Assembly: GCF_009914755.1 (NCBI RefSeq)
Contig: NC_060935.1
Length of the DNA stretch: 64,000 nucleotides
Reading direction: 5' to 3' (one strand)
From: the human T2T-CHM13v2.0 reference genome, Homo sapiens
Numbering within the stretch: position 1 is the stretch's first letter; each line of letters begins with the position of its first letter. The notes under the pieces were generated by a model. It was not told the DNA's origin, did no database searches, and saw only the letters and a program-made list of their open reading frames with translations. Position numbers and translations under genes: made by a program. This document shows, piece by piece, positions 48,101 to 58,567 of this stretch.

Positions 48101-51100
48101 GTGTTCCAAAACTGCTTAATCCAAAGAAAGATTCAACATTATGAGATTAATGCAGACATCTCAAAGAAGTTTCTCAGAAGGTTTCTGTCTAGTTTTTATG
48201 TGAAGATATTTTATTTTCCAAAATAGGCATTCAAGCACTACAAATATCCACTTGCAGATTCTACAAAAAGAGGGTTTCAAAACTGCTCAATCAATAGAAA
48301 GTTTCATCTCTGTGAGTTGAATGCACACATCACAGAGAAGTTTCTCATAATGCTTCTGTCTAGTGTTTACGTGAAGATATTTTTTTCCTCCATAGCCCAC
48401 TAAGCGCCCACAATACCCACTTGCAGATTCTACAAAAACAGTGTTCCAAAACTGCTCAATCCAAAAGAAAGATTCAACTTTATGAGATTAATGCAGACAT
48501 CTCAAATAAGTTTCTCAGAAGGTTTCTGTCTAGTTTTTATGTGAAGATATTTTATTTTCCAAAATAGGCAATCAAGCACTACAAATATCCACTTGCAGAT
48601 TCTACAAAAAGAGGGTTTCAAAACTGCTCAATCAATAGAAAGTTTCATCTCTGTGAGATGAATGCACACATCACAGAGAAGTTTCTCATAATGCTTCTGT
48701 CTAGTGTTTATGTGAAGATATTTTTTTTTCTGCCATAGCCCACTAAGCGCCCAAAATACCCACTTGCCGATTCTACAAAAAGAGTGTTTCAAAACTGCTC
48801 AATACAAAGAAAGATTGAACTCTGTGAGATGAATGCAGACATCACAAAGAAGTTTCTCAGAAGGCTTCTGTCTAGTTTTATGTGAAGATATTTCATTTTC
48901 CACCATAGGCCACCAAACACTACAAATATCTACTTGCAGATTCTACATGAAGAGTATTTCAAAACTGCTCAATCAACAGAAAAGTTCAACTCTGTGAGTT
49001 GAATGCAAACATCACAGAGAAGTTATTCATAATGCTTCTGTATAGTATTTATGTGAAGATATTTTTTTCCACCATAGCCCACTAAACGCCCCAAATACCC
49101 ACTTGCAGATACTACAAAAAGAGTGTTTCAAAACTGCTCAATCCAAAGAAAAATTCAACTCTATGAGAATGCATGCATCACAAAGAAGTATCTCAGAATG
49201 CTTCTGTCTAGTTTTTATGTGAAGATATTCCCTTTTCCACCATAGGCCTCAAAGCACTCCAAATATCCTCTTGCAGAATCTACAAAAAGAGTGTTTCAAA
49301 ACTTCTCAATCAAAACAAAGTTTAAACTCTTTTATTTGAATGCAGACATCACAAAGCAATTTCTCAGAATGCTTCCGTCTAGTTTTCATTTGAAGATATG
49401 ACCTTTTCAAAATAGGCCTCAAAACACTCCAAATATCCATTTGCAGATACTACAAAAAGACTGTTTCCAAACTGCTCTATCAAAAGTTCAACTCTGTGAG
49501 ATGAATGCAGATATCACAAAGAAGTTTCTGAGAATGATTCAGTCTAGTTTTTATGAGAAGATATTTCATTTTCCACCATAGGCAACCAAGAACTACAAAT
49601 ATCCACTTGCATTTTCTGCAAAAAGAGTGTTTCAAAACTGCTCAATCAATAGGAAGGTTCAACTCTGTGAGTTGAATGCACACATCACAGAGAATTTTCT
49701 CATATAATGCTTCTATCTAGTGTTTATGTGAAGATATTTTCTTTTCTGCCATAGCCCACTAAGCACCCCAAATACCCACGTGCAGATTCTACAAAAAGAG
49801 TGCTTCAAAACTGCTCAATCCAGAGAAAGATTCAACTCTATGAGATGAATGCAGACATCACAAACAGGTTTCTCAGAAGGCTTCTGTCTAGTTTTTATGT
49901 GAAGATATTTCATTTTCCACCATAGGCCACCAACCACTACAAATATCCACTTGCAGATTCTCCAAAAAGAGTGTTTCAAAACTACTCAATCAATAGAAAG
50001 GTTCAACTCTGTTAGTTGAAAGCACACATCACAGAAAAGTTTCTCATAATGCTTCTGTCTAGTGTTTATGTGAAGATATATTTTTTCTGCCATAGCCCAC
50101 TAAACGCCCCAAATACCCACTTGCAGATTCTACAAAAAGAGTGTTTCAAAACTGCTCAATCAAAAGAAAGATTCAACTCTATGAGATGAATGCACACATC
50201 ACAAAGAAGTATCTCAGAATGCTTCTGTCTAGTTTTTATGCGAAGATATTCCCTTTTCCACCATAGGCCTCAAAACACTCTAAGTATCCTCTTGCAGATT
50301 CTACAAAAAGACTGTTTCAAAACTTCCCAATCAAAAGAAAGGTTAAACTCTGTTAGTTGAATGCACACATCACAAAACAGTTTCTCAGAATGCTTCTGTC
50401 TAGTTTTCGTTTGAAGATATGTCCTTTTCAAAATAGGCCTCAAAGCACTCCAAATATCCATTTGCAGATACTACAAAAAGACTGTTTCCAAACTGCTCTA
50501 TCAAAAGATCAACTCTGTGAGATGAATGCAGGCATCACAAAGAAGTTTCTGAGAATGCTTCTGTCTAGTTTTTATGTGAAGATATTTCCTTTTCCACAGT
50601 AGGCCTCAAAGCACTCCAAATACCCACTTGCAGATTCTTCAATAAGAGTGTTTCAAAACTACTCAATCATAAGATAATTTCAGCCCTGTGAGAAGAATGC
50701 ACACATCACTAAGAAGCTTCTCAGAATGCTTCTGTGTAGTTTTTATTTCAAGATATTTCCTTTTCCACCATGGGCTGCAAAGGACTCCAAAGATCCACTT
50801 GCAGATTCTACAAAAAGAGAGATTCAAAACTGTTCAGTCAAAAGATATGTTCAACTCTGTGTGTTGAAAGCACACCACACAAAGAGGTTTCTCAGAACGC
50901 TTCTGTGTAGTTTTTATGTGAAGATATTTCCTTTTCCACCATGGGCCCCAAAGCACTCCAAATATCCACTTGCAGATTCTACAGAAACAGTGTTTCGAAG
51001 CTGCTCAATGAAAGGACATGATCAACTCTGTGAGATGAATGCACACATCACAAAGAAGTTACTCAGAATTCTACTGTGTAGTTTTTATGGGAAGATATTT

Positions 51101-53899
51101 CTTTTTCCACAATAGGCTACAAAGCGGTACAAATATCTTCTTGTAGATTCTAAAATAAGAGTGTTTCCAAACTGCTCAATCAAAAGATAGGTTCAATTCT
51201 GTGAGTTGAATTTACACATCACAGAGAAGTTTCTCAGAATTTCTTCTGTGTTGTTTTTATGTGAAGATATTTCCTGATCCACAATATACATCAAAGCTCT
51301 TCAAGTATCCACTTGCAGATTCTGCAAAAGAGAGATGCAAAACTGCTCAATCAAAAGATAGGTTCGATGGTGTGCATTGAATGCACACATCACAAAGAAG
51401 TTTCTCAGAATGCTTATGTGTAGTTTTTATGTGAAGATATTTTCTTTTCCACATTAGGCCTCAAAGCACTCCCAATCTCCACTTGCAGACTCTGTGAAAA
51501 GAGAGATTGAAAACTGATCAATCAAAATGTAGCTTCAACTCTGTAAGTTGAATGCTCACATAGCAAAGAAGTTTCTCAGAATACTTTTGAGTAATTTTTA
51601 TGTGAAGATATTTCCTTTTCCAAAATTGGCCTCAAACCCCTCCAAATATCCACTTCCAGATTTTATAAAAAGAGTTTCAAAACTGCTCAATGAAAAGAGA
51701 GATTCAAATCTGTGTGATGAATGCACTCATCACAAAGGAGTTTCTCTGATTGCCTCTGTGCAGTTTTTATTTGATGAAATTTCCTTTTCCACCATAGGGT
51801 GCAAAGGGCTCGAAATATCTACTTTCAGATTCTACAAAAACAGAGATTCAAAACTGCTCAATAAAAGAAAGGTTCAACTCTGTTAGTTGAATGCACACAT
51901 CACGAAGAGGTTTCTCAGAATGCTTCTGCCTAGTTTTCATCTGAAGATACTTCCTTTTCCAAAAGAGGATGCAAGCGCTCTAAATATCCACTTGCAGATT
52001 CTACAAAAAGAGTGTTTCCAAACTCCTCAATCAAAGCAAAGATTCCATTCTGTGAGTTGAATGTACACATCACAAAGAAGTTTCTGAGAATGCTTCTGTC
52101 TAGTTTTTATGTGAAGATACTTCCTTTTCAGCTATAGGACTCAAAGCACTCCAAATATTCTTTTACAGAAACTACAAAAAGAGTGTTTCCAAACTACTCA
52201 ATCAAAGCTTCAGCTCTCTGTGTTGAATGCACACATCAGAAAGTAGTTTCTGAGAATGCTTCTGTCTAGTTTTTGTGTGAAGATATTTCCTTTTCAGCTA
52301 TAGGCCTCAAAGCACTCCAAATATCCATTTGCAGATACTACAAAAAGAGTGTTTGAAGCTGCTCAATCAAAAGAAATCTTCAACTCTGTGTGATGAATGC
52401 ACACATTACCACAAAGGTTCTGAGAATGCTTCCATCTAGTTTTTATGCAAAGATATTTCCTTTTCAACTATAGGCCTCAAAGCACTCCCAAATATCCACT
52501 TGCAGATACTACAAAAAGTGTGTTTCCAAACTGCTCAATCAAAAGAAAGGTGCAACTCTGTGAGTTGAATGCACACATCACAAAGAAGTTTCTGAGAATG
52601 CTTCTGTCTAGTTTTTGTATGAAGATATTTCCTTTTCCACCTTAGGCCTCAAAGCACTCCAAATATCCACTTGCGGATTCTACAGAAAGTTTGTTTCAAA
52701 ACAGCTCAATGAAAATAAAAGTTCAACTATGTGAGATGAATGCACACATCACAAAGTAGTTTCTCAAACACTTCTGTCTAGTTTTTATATGAAGATTTTT
52801 TCCTTTTCAGCTATAGGCCTCTAAGGGTTCAAAATATACATTTGAAGATACATACTATAAAAAGAGTATTTCCCTACAGCTCCATCAAAAGAATGGTTCA
52901 ACTCCGTTAGTTAAATGCACACCTCACAAAGAAGTTTCTGAGAATGCTTCTGTCTAGTTTTTATGTGAAGATATTTCCTTTTCAGCTATAGGCCTCAAAG
53001 CACTCCAAATATCCATTTGCAGACACTACAAAAAGAGTGTTTCAAAACTGCTCAGTCAAAAGAAATCTTCAACTCCGTGGGATGAATGCACACATTACCA
53101 GGAAGGTTCTGAGAATGCTTCCATCTAGTTTTTATGTGAAGATATTTCCTTTTCTGCTACAAGCCAAAAAGCACTCCAAATAACCATTTGTAGATACTAC
53201 AAAAAGAGTGTTTCCAAACTGCTCAATCAAAAAAAAGGTTCAACTCTGTTACTTGAATGCACGAATCCCAAGAAACTTCTGAGAATGCTTCTGTCTAGTT
53301 TTTATGTGAAGATATTTTCTTTTCCACCATAGCCCTCAAAGCGCTCCAAATATCCACTTGCAGATTCTACAAAAAGAGTGTTTCAAAACTGCTCAGTCAA
53401 AAGAAAGTTTCAACTCTGTGAGATGAATGCAAACATCACAAAGAACATTCTCAGAATGCTTCTGTCTAGTTTTTATGTGAAGATATTTCCTTTTCAGTTG
53501 TAGGCCTCAAAGCACTTCAAATATCCATTTGCAGTTACCACAAAAAGAGTGTTTCCAAACTGATCAATCAAAAGAAAGGTTCACCACTGTGAGTTGAATG
53601 CACACATCACAAAGAAGTTTCTGATAATGCTTCTGTCCGGTTTTGATGTGAAGATATTTCCTTTTCTACCATAAGCCAGAAAGTGCTCCAAATATCCATT
53701 TGCAGATTCTACAAAAAGAGTGGTCCCAAACTGCCCAATCAAAAGAAAGGTACAACTCTGTGAGATGAATGCACACATCACAAAGAAGTTTCTCAGAATG
53801 CTTCTGTCTAGTTTTTATGTGAAGATACATCCCTTTCCACCATAGGCCTCATAACACTCCAAATATCCATTTGCAGGTACTATAAAAAGAGTATTTCCA
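30120..53899 (-). repeat. Monomeric alpha satellite containing a change of monomer family near 41.7 kb
   Basis: 171-bp repeats. Left of ~41.7 kb they are mostly ATCCCTTTGCAG / GAAAGCTTC / AAGACTGTT. To the right they increasingly become ATCCATTTGCAG or ATCCACTTGCAG / GAATGCTTC / AAGAGTGTT / TTTCCACC. Confidence 0.96.
45670..50590 (-). repeat. Small higher-order-repeat-like island AB(CD)n
   Basis: A monomer with a 5-bp deletion (CTCTATCAAAAGTTCAAC) recurs at 45913, 46932, 47780, 49475 and 50496 (spacings 1019, 848, 1695, 1021). The copies are separated by alternating CACCAAGCACTAC and CCCACTAAGCGCCC monomers. Confidence 0.88.
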
Positions 53900-56440
53900 T
53901 TTGAACTTTAAAGTGGTTTTTCCAATTCTGTGAAGAAAGTCATTGGTAGCTTGATGGGGACGACATTGAATGTGTAAATTACCTTGGGCAGTATGGCCAT
54001 TTTCATGATATTGATTCTTCCTACCCATGAGCATGGAATGTTCTTCCATTTGTTTGTATCCTCTTTTATTTCATTGAGCAGTGGTTTGTAGTTCTCCTTG
54101 AAGAGGTCCTTCACATCGCTTGTAAGTTGAATTACTAGGTATTTTATTCTCTTTAAAGCTATTGTGAATGGGAGTACACTAATTATTTGGCTCTCTGTTT
54201 GTCTGTTATTGGTGTGTTAGAATGCTTCTGATTTTTGTACATTGATTTTGTATCCTGAGACTTTGCTGAAGCTGCTTATCAGCTTAAGGAGATTTGGGGC
54301 TGAGACAATGGGGTTTTCTAGATATACAATCATGTCGTCTGCAAACAGGGACAATTTGACTTCCTCTTTTCCTAGTTGAATAAACTTTATTTCCTTCTGC
54401 TGCCTAATTTCCCTTGCCAGAACTTCCAACACTATGTCGAATAGAAGTGGTGAGAGAGGGCATCCCTGTCTTGTGCCAATTTTCACAGGAAACGCTTCCA
54501 GTTTTTGTCCATTCAGTTTGATATTGGCTGTGGGTTTGTCATAGATAGCTCTTATTATTTTGAGATACGTCCCATTGATACCTAATTTATTGAGAGTTTT
54601 TTGCATGAAGGATGGTTGAATTTTGTCTAAGGTCTTTTCTGTATCTATTGAGATAATCATGTGGTTTTTGTCTTTGGTTCTGTTTATATGCTGGATTACA
54701 TTTATTGATTTGCATATATTAAACCAGGCTTGCTCCCCAGGGATGAAGTCCACTTGATCATGATGGATAAGCTTTTTGACGTGCTGCTGGATTCTGTTTG
54801 CTAGTATTTTATTGAGGATTTTTGCATCAATGTTCATCAAGGATATTGGTCTAAAATTCTCTTTTTTGGTTATGTCTCTGCCCGTCTTTGGTATCAGGAT
54901 GATGCTGGTCTCATAAAATGTGTTAGAGAGGATTCTTTCTTTTTTTATTGATTGGAATAGTTTCAGAAGGAATGGTACCAGTTCCTCCTTGTACCTCTGG
55001 GAGAATTCGGCTGTGAATCCATCTGGTCCTGGACTCTTTTTGGTAGGTAATCTATTGATTATTGCCACAATTTTAGAGCCTGTTACTGGTCTATTCAGAG
55101 ATTTAACTTCTTTCTGGTTTAGTCTTGGGAGGGTGTATGTGTAGGAATTTATCCATTTCTTCTAGATTTTCCAGTTTATTTGTGAAGAGGTGTTTGTAGT
55201 ATTCTCTGATGGTAGTTTGTATTTTTGTGGGACCAGTGGTGATATCCCCTTTATTATTTTTTATTGCGTCTATTTGATTTTTCTTCCTTTTTTTCTTTAT
55301 TAGTCTTGCTAGTGGTCTGTCAATTTTGTTGATCTTTTCAAGAAACCAGCTCCTGGATTCATTAAGTTTTTGAAGAGTTTTTTGTGTCTCTATTTCCTTC
55401 AGTTCTGCTCTGATGTTAGTTATTTCTTGCCTTCTGCTAGCTTTTGAACGTGTTTGCTCTTGCTTTTCTAGTTCTATTAATTGTGATGTTAGGGTGTCAA
55501 TTTTGGATGTTTCCTGCTTTCTCTTGTGAGCATTTAGTGTTACAAATTTTACGCTACACACTGCTTTGAATGTGTCCCAGAGATTCTGGTATGTTGTGTC
55601 TTCGTTTTCATTGGTTTCAAAGAACATCTTTGTTTCTGCCTTCATTTCGTTATGTACCCAGTAGTCATTCAGGAGCAGGTTGTTCAGTTTTCATGTATTT
55701 GAGCGGTTTTGAGTGAGTTTCTTAATCCTGAGTTCTAGTTTGATTGCACTGTGGTCTGAGAGACAGTTTGTTATAATTTCTGTTATTTTGCATTTGCTGA
55801 GGTATGCTTTACTTCCAACTATGTGGTAGATTTTGGAATAGGTGTGGTGTGGTGCTGAAAAAAATGTATATTCTGTTGATTTGAGGTGGAGAGTTCTGTA
55901 GATGTCTATTAGGTCCGCTTGGTGCAGAGCTGAGTTCAATTCCTGGGTATCTTTGTTAACTTTCTGTCTCATTGATCTGTCTAATGTTGACAGTGGGGTG
56001 TTAAAGTCTCCCATTATTATTTTGTGGGAGTCTAAGTCTCTTTATAGGTCACTCAGGACTTGCTTTATGAATCTGGGTGCTCCTGTATTGGGTGCATATA
56101 AATTTAGGATAGTTAGCTCTTCTTGTTGAATTGATTCCTTTACCATTATGTCATGGCCTTCTTTGTCTCTTTTGATCTTTGTTGGTTTAAAGTCTGATTA
56201 TTCAGAGACTAGGATTGCAACCTCTGCCTTTTTTTGTTTTCCATTTTCTTGGTAGATCTTCCTCCATCCTTTTATTTTGAGTCTATGTGTGTCTCTGCCC
56301 ATGAGATGGGTTTCCTGAATACAGCACACTGATGGGTCTTGACTCTTTATCCAATTTGCCAGTCTTTGTCTTCTAATTGGAGCATTTAGTGCATTTACAT
56401 TTAAAGTTAATATTGTTATGTGTAAATTTAATCCTGTCAT
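53895..56440 (-). pseudogene. L1 ORF2p (endonuclease + reverse transcriptase), disrupted and 3'-truncated
   Basis: Fragments MTGLNLHITILTLNVN..., GDFNTPLS...[17 protein letters not shown]...[13 protein letters not shown]...[10 protein letters not shown] and ...[13 protein letters not shown] are spread across several frames with stops. Confidence 0.95.
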
Positions 56441-56503
56441 TATTATTTTAGCTGGTCATTTTGCTCGTTAATTGATGAACTTTCTTCCTAGCCTAGATGG
56501 TCT

Positions 56504-57518
56504 TTACAATTTGGCAGGATTTTGCAGTGGCTGCTACCAGTTGTTCCTTTCCATGTTTAGTGCTTCCTTCAGGAGCTCTTTTAGGGCAGGCCTGGTGGTG
56601 ACAAAATATCTCAGCCTTTGCTTGTCTGTAAAGGATTTTATTTCTCCTTCACTTATGAAGCTTAGTTTGGCTGGATATGAAATTCTGGGTTGAAAATTCT
56701 TTCCTTTAAGAATGTTGAATATTGGCCCCCACTCTCTTCTGGCTATTAGAGTTTCTGCCAAGATCCGCTGTTAGTCTGATGGGCTTCCCTTTGTGGGTAA
56801 CCCGACCTTTCTCTCTGGCTACACTTAACATTTTTTCCTTCATTTCAACTTTGGTGAATGTGACAATTATGTGTCTTGGAGTTGCCCTTCTTGAGTAGTA
56901 TCTTTGTGGTGTTCTCTGTATTTCCTGAATGTGAATGTTGGCCTGCCTTTCTAGATTGGGGAAGTTCTCCTGGATAATATCCTGCAGAGTGTTTTCCAAC
57001 TTGGTTCCATTCTCCCCGTCACTTTCAGGTACACCAATCAGATGCAGATTTGGTCTTTTCACATAGTCCCATATTTCTTGGAGGCTTTGTTCATATGTTT
57101 TTATTCTTTGTTCTCTAAACTTCCCTTCTCACTTCATTTCATTCATTTCTTCTTCCATCACTGATACCCTTTCTTCCAGTTGATCGCATCATCTCCTGTG
57201 GCTTCTGCATTTTTCATGTAGTTCTCGAGCCTTGGCTTTCAGCTCCATCGGCTTCTTTAAGCACTTCTCTGTATTGGTTATTCTAGATATACATTCATCT
57301 GAATTGTTTTCAAAGTTTTTAACTTCTTTGCCTTTGGTTTGAATGTTCTCTTGTAGCTCGGAGTAATTTGATCGTCTGAAGGCTTCTTCTCTCAACTCGT
57401 CAAAGTCATTCTCCATTCAGCTTTGTTCCATTGCTGGTGAGGAACTGCATTCCTTTGGAGGAGGAGAGGCACTCTGCTTTATAGAGTTTCCAGTTTTTCT
57501 GCTCTGTTTTTACCCCAT
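56504..57518 (-). pseudogene. L1 ORF1p, disrupted
   Basis: ATG at 57518 and TAA at 56504-56506. Fragments MENDFDELREE..., KRPNLHLIGVPE... and ARREWGPIFNILK...FVTTRPALKELLKEALNMERNN lie in different frames. Confidence 0.93.
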
Positions 57519-58550
57519 CTTTGTGGTTTTATCTACTTTTGGTCTTTGATGATGGTGATGTACAGATGGGTTTTTGGTGTGGATGTCCTTTCTGTTTGTT
57601 AGTTTTCCTTCTAACAGTCAGGACCCTCAGCTGCAGGTCTGTTGGAGTTTGCTAGAGGTCCACTCCAGACCCTGTTTGCCTGGGTATCAGCAGCAGTGGC
57701 TGCAGAACAACAGATTTTCATGAACCACAAATTCTGTTGTGTGATCACTCCTCTGGAAGTTTTGTCTCAGAGGATTACCCGGCCATGTGAGGTGTCAGTC
57801 TTGCCCCTACTGAGAGGTGCCTCCCAGTTAGGCTGCTCGGAGGTCAGGGGTCAGGGACCCACTTGAGGAGGCAGTCTGCTCGTTCTCAGATCTCCAGCTG
57901 TTTGCTGGGAGAACCACTGCTCCCTTAAAAGCTGTCAGAAAGGGACATTTAAGCCTGCAGAGGTTACTGTTGTCTTTTTGTTTGTCTGTACCCTGCCCCC
58001 AGAGATGGAGCCTACAGAGGCAGGCAGGCCTCCTTGAGCTGTGGCAGGCTCCACCAAGTTCGAGCTTCCTGGCTGCTTTGTTTGCTTAAGCAAGCCTGGT
58101 CAATGGCGGGTACCCATCCCCCAGCCTCAATGCCACGGTGTAGTTTGATCTCAGACTGCTGTGTTAGCAATCAGCGAGACTCCATGGGCATAGGACCCTC
58201 TGAGCCATGTGTGGGATATAATCTCCTGGTGTGCCATTTTGTAACCCCATCGGAAATGTGCAGGATTAGTGTGGGAGTGACCCAATTTTCCAGGTGCCGT
58301 CTGTCACCCGTTTCTTTGACTAGGAAAGGGAACTGCCTGACACCATGTGCTTCCCGAGTGAGGCAATGTTTCACCTTGCTTTGGCTCCCACAAGGTGCAC
58401 TGCACCCACTGTCCTGCGCACACTGTCTGGCGTTCCCTAGTTGGATGAACCCAGTAACTCAGAAGGAAAGGCAGAAATCAGCCGTCTTGTACATCGCTCA
58501 CACTGGGAGCTGTAGAACGGAGCTGTACCTATTCAGCCATCTTGGCTGCC
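57519..58550 (-). promoter_or_regulatory. L1 5'UTR (internal sense promoter; antisense promoter facing the right-hand satellite array)
   Basis: The ~1030-bp 5'UTR starts with the YY1-site-containing GCCAAGATGG. Many CpG->TpG/CpA changes are visible, so activity is doubtful. Confidence 0.8.
57647..57775 (-). promoter_or_regulatory. 129-bp 5'UTR segment corresponding to the ZNF93-bound region of L1PA3-6160/L1PA4 and older elements
   Basis: Exactly 129 nt lie between ...GGTCTGTTGGA and TACCC..., which are essentially adjacent in L1HS/L1PA2. Confidence 0.75.
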
Positions 58551-58567
58551 AGGTCCTGATTTCCTGA
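58103..58567 (+). CDS. L1 ORF0-like antisense ORF, open for 154 codons
   Basis: ATG at 58103; MAGTHPPASMPRCSLISDCCVSNQRDSMGIGPSEP... resembles primate L1 ORF0 (MAGAPPPASLPPCSLISDCCASNQRDSVGVGPSEP). Expression is not shown. Confidence 0.5.
   Translation: MAGTHPPASMPRCSLISDCCVSNQRDSMGIGPSEPCVGYNLLVCHFVTPSEMCRISVGVTQFSRCRLSPVSLTRKGNCLTPCASRVRQCFTLLWLPQGALHPLSCAHCLAFPSWMNPVTQKERQKSAVLYIAHTGSCRTELYLFSHLGCQVLIS

Larger units (their letters stand above)
53895..58550 (-). mobile_element. L1PA3/L1PA4-like LINE-1 with intact 5' end, 3'-truncated (no poly(A), no 3' TSD), ~4.65 kb
   Basis: The 5' end GGCAGCCAAGATGGCTGAATAGG is at ~58550 on the minus strand, followed by the 5'UTR, ORF1 and ORF2 EN and RT ([10 protein letters not shown]). 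It joins alpha satellite at TTCCA (53895-53899). The 5'UTR retains the 129-bp segment absent from L1PA2/L1HS. Confidence 0.95.

Noticed and set aside
53895-58550. Retrotransposition-competent L1
   Set aside because: ORF1 and ORF2 carry multiple stops and frameshifts, and the 3' ~1.5 kb is missing.
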